A DNA stretch of 64,000 bases, taken from assembly GCF_964355755.1 (NCBI RefSeq), contig NC_092671.1, positions 39,628,304 to 39,692,303 on the forward strand, in the 5' to 3' direction. Shown one piece after another: positions 63,776 to 64,000 of the stretch (its first letter is position 1; the number at the start of each line of letters is the position of its first letter). Source of the stretch: Antedon mediterranea. Its lineage: Eukaryota > Animalia > Echinodermata. A program made the translations under genes and the position numbers. The notes under the pieces were generated by a model. The model made no database searches. It had not been told where the DNA came from and was given only the letters and a program-made list of their open reading frames with translations.

Positions 63776-63960
63776 TAAAGCGCATTATAATCAAGCTCTC
63801 AATGCGCTGCACATTATTACCCCGGTATTTTTTGGATCATAAACGTATGGAAACATACTCCCATAATAATGCAGCTAGTAATCAGCGCAAACCAGTACCC
63901 ATTTTATACACCTGGGTGGAGAGAGGCAAACGTAAGTGTCTGGCCAAAAGATACAAGCAA
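63776..63960 (-). mobile_element. SINE fragment with CORE/Nin-like domain
   Basis: GTACCCATTTTATACACCTGGGTGGAGAGAGGCA..GTAAGTGTCTGGCCAAAAG resembles the reverse complement of common invertebrate SINE cores. Confidence 0.55.
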
Positions 63961-64000
63961 TGGTGAAGATGGACAAATCTGTGATAGTGAAAAAGTTCTA

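Overview
AT-rich, intron-rich animal genomic DNA, probably from a marine invertebrate; the taxon cannot be fixed from sequence alone. Three conserved multi-exon genes lie on the minus strand: the 3' ~32 exons of a VPS13A/C-type lipid-transfer gene (42027-63715, 5' end outside the window), an MBD5/6-type MBD+PWWP gene (28304-37022) and Enhancer of polycomb (EPC1/2; 17322-25359). MBD5 sits directly upstream of EPC in the same orientation, as I recall for human MBD5-EPC2. The first 14 kb holds the most unusual content, a convergent pair of single-coding-exon genes for secretory, His-rich repeat proteins of opposite charge. One is a ~1875-aa polycation (signal peptide, acidic pro-piece, seven ~89-aa Arg/Tyr/Trp/Gly repeats, then ~32 strict 36-aa His/Arg/Val/Asn repeats). 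The other is a 285-aa His/Asp polyanion ending in HDEF. Together they are a candidate undescribed metal-binding or coacervate biomaterial system. Also seen: three in-frame candidate microexons (21, 30, 6 nt) in long VPS13 introns; ~17 copies of a Harbinger-like MITE (one with an expanded internal minisatellite, one with a nested LINE fragment); Kolobok-like, Tc1/pogo-like and hAT-like non-autonomous elements; SINE fragments and minisatellites. Exon boundaries were read by eye and may be off by a few bases.
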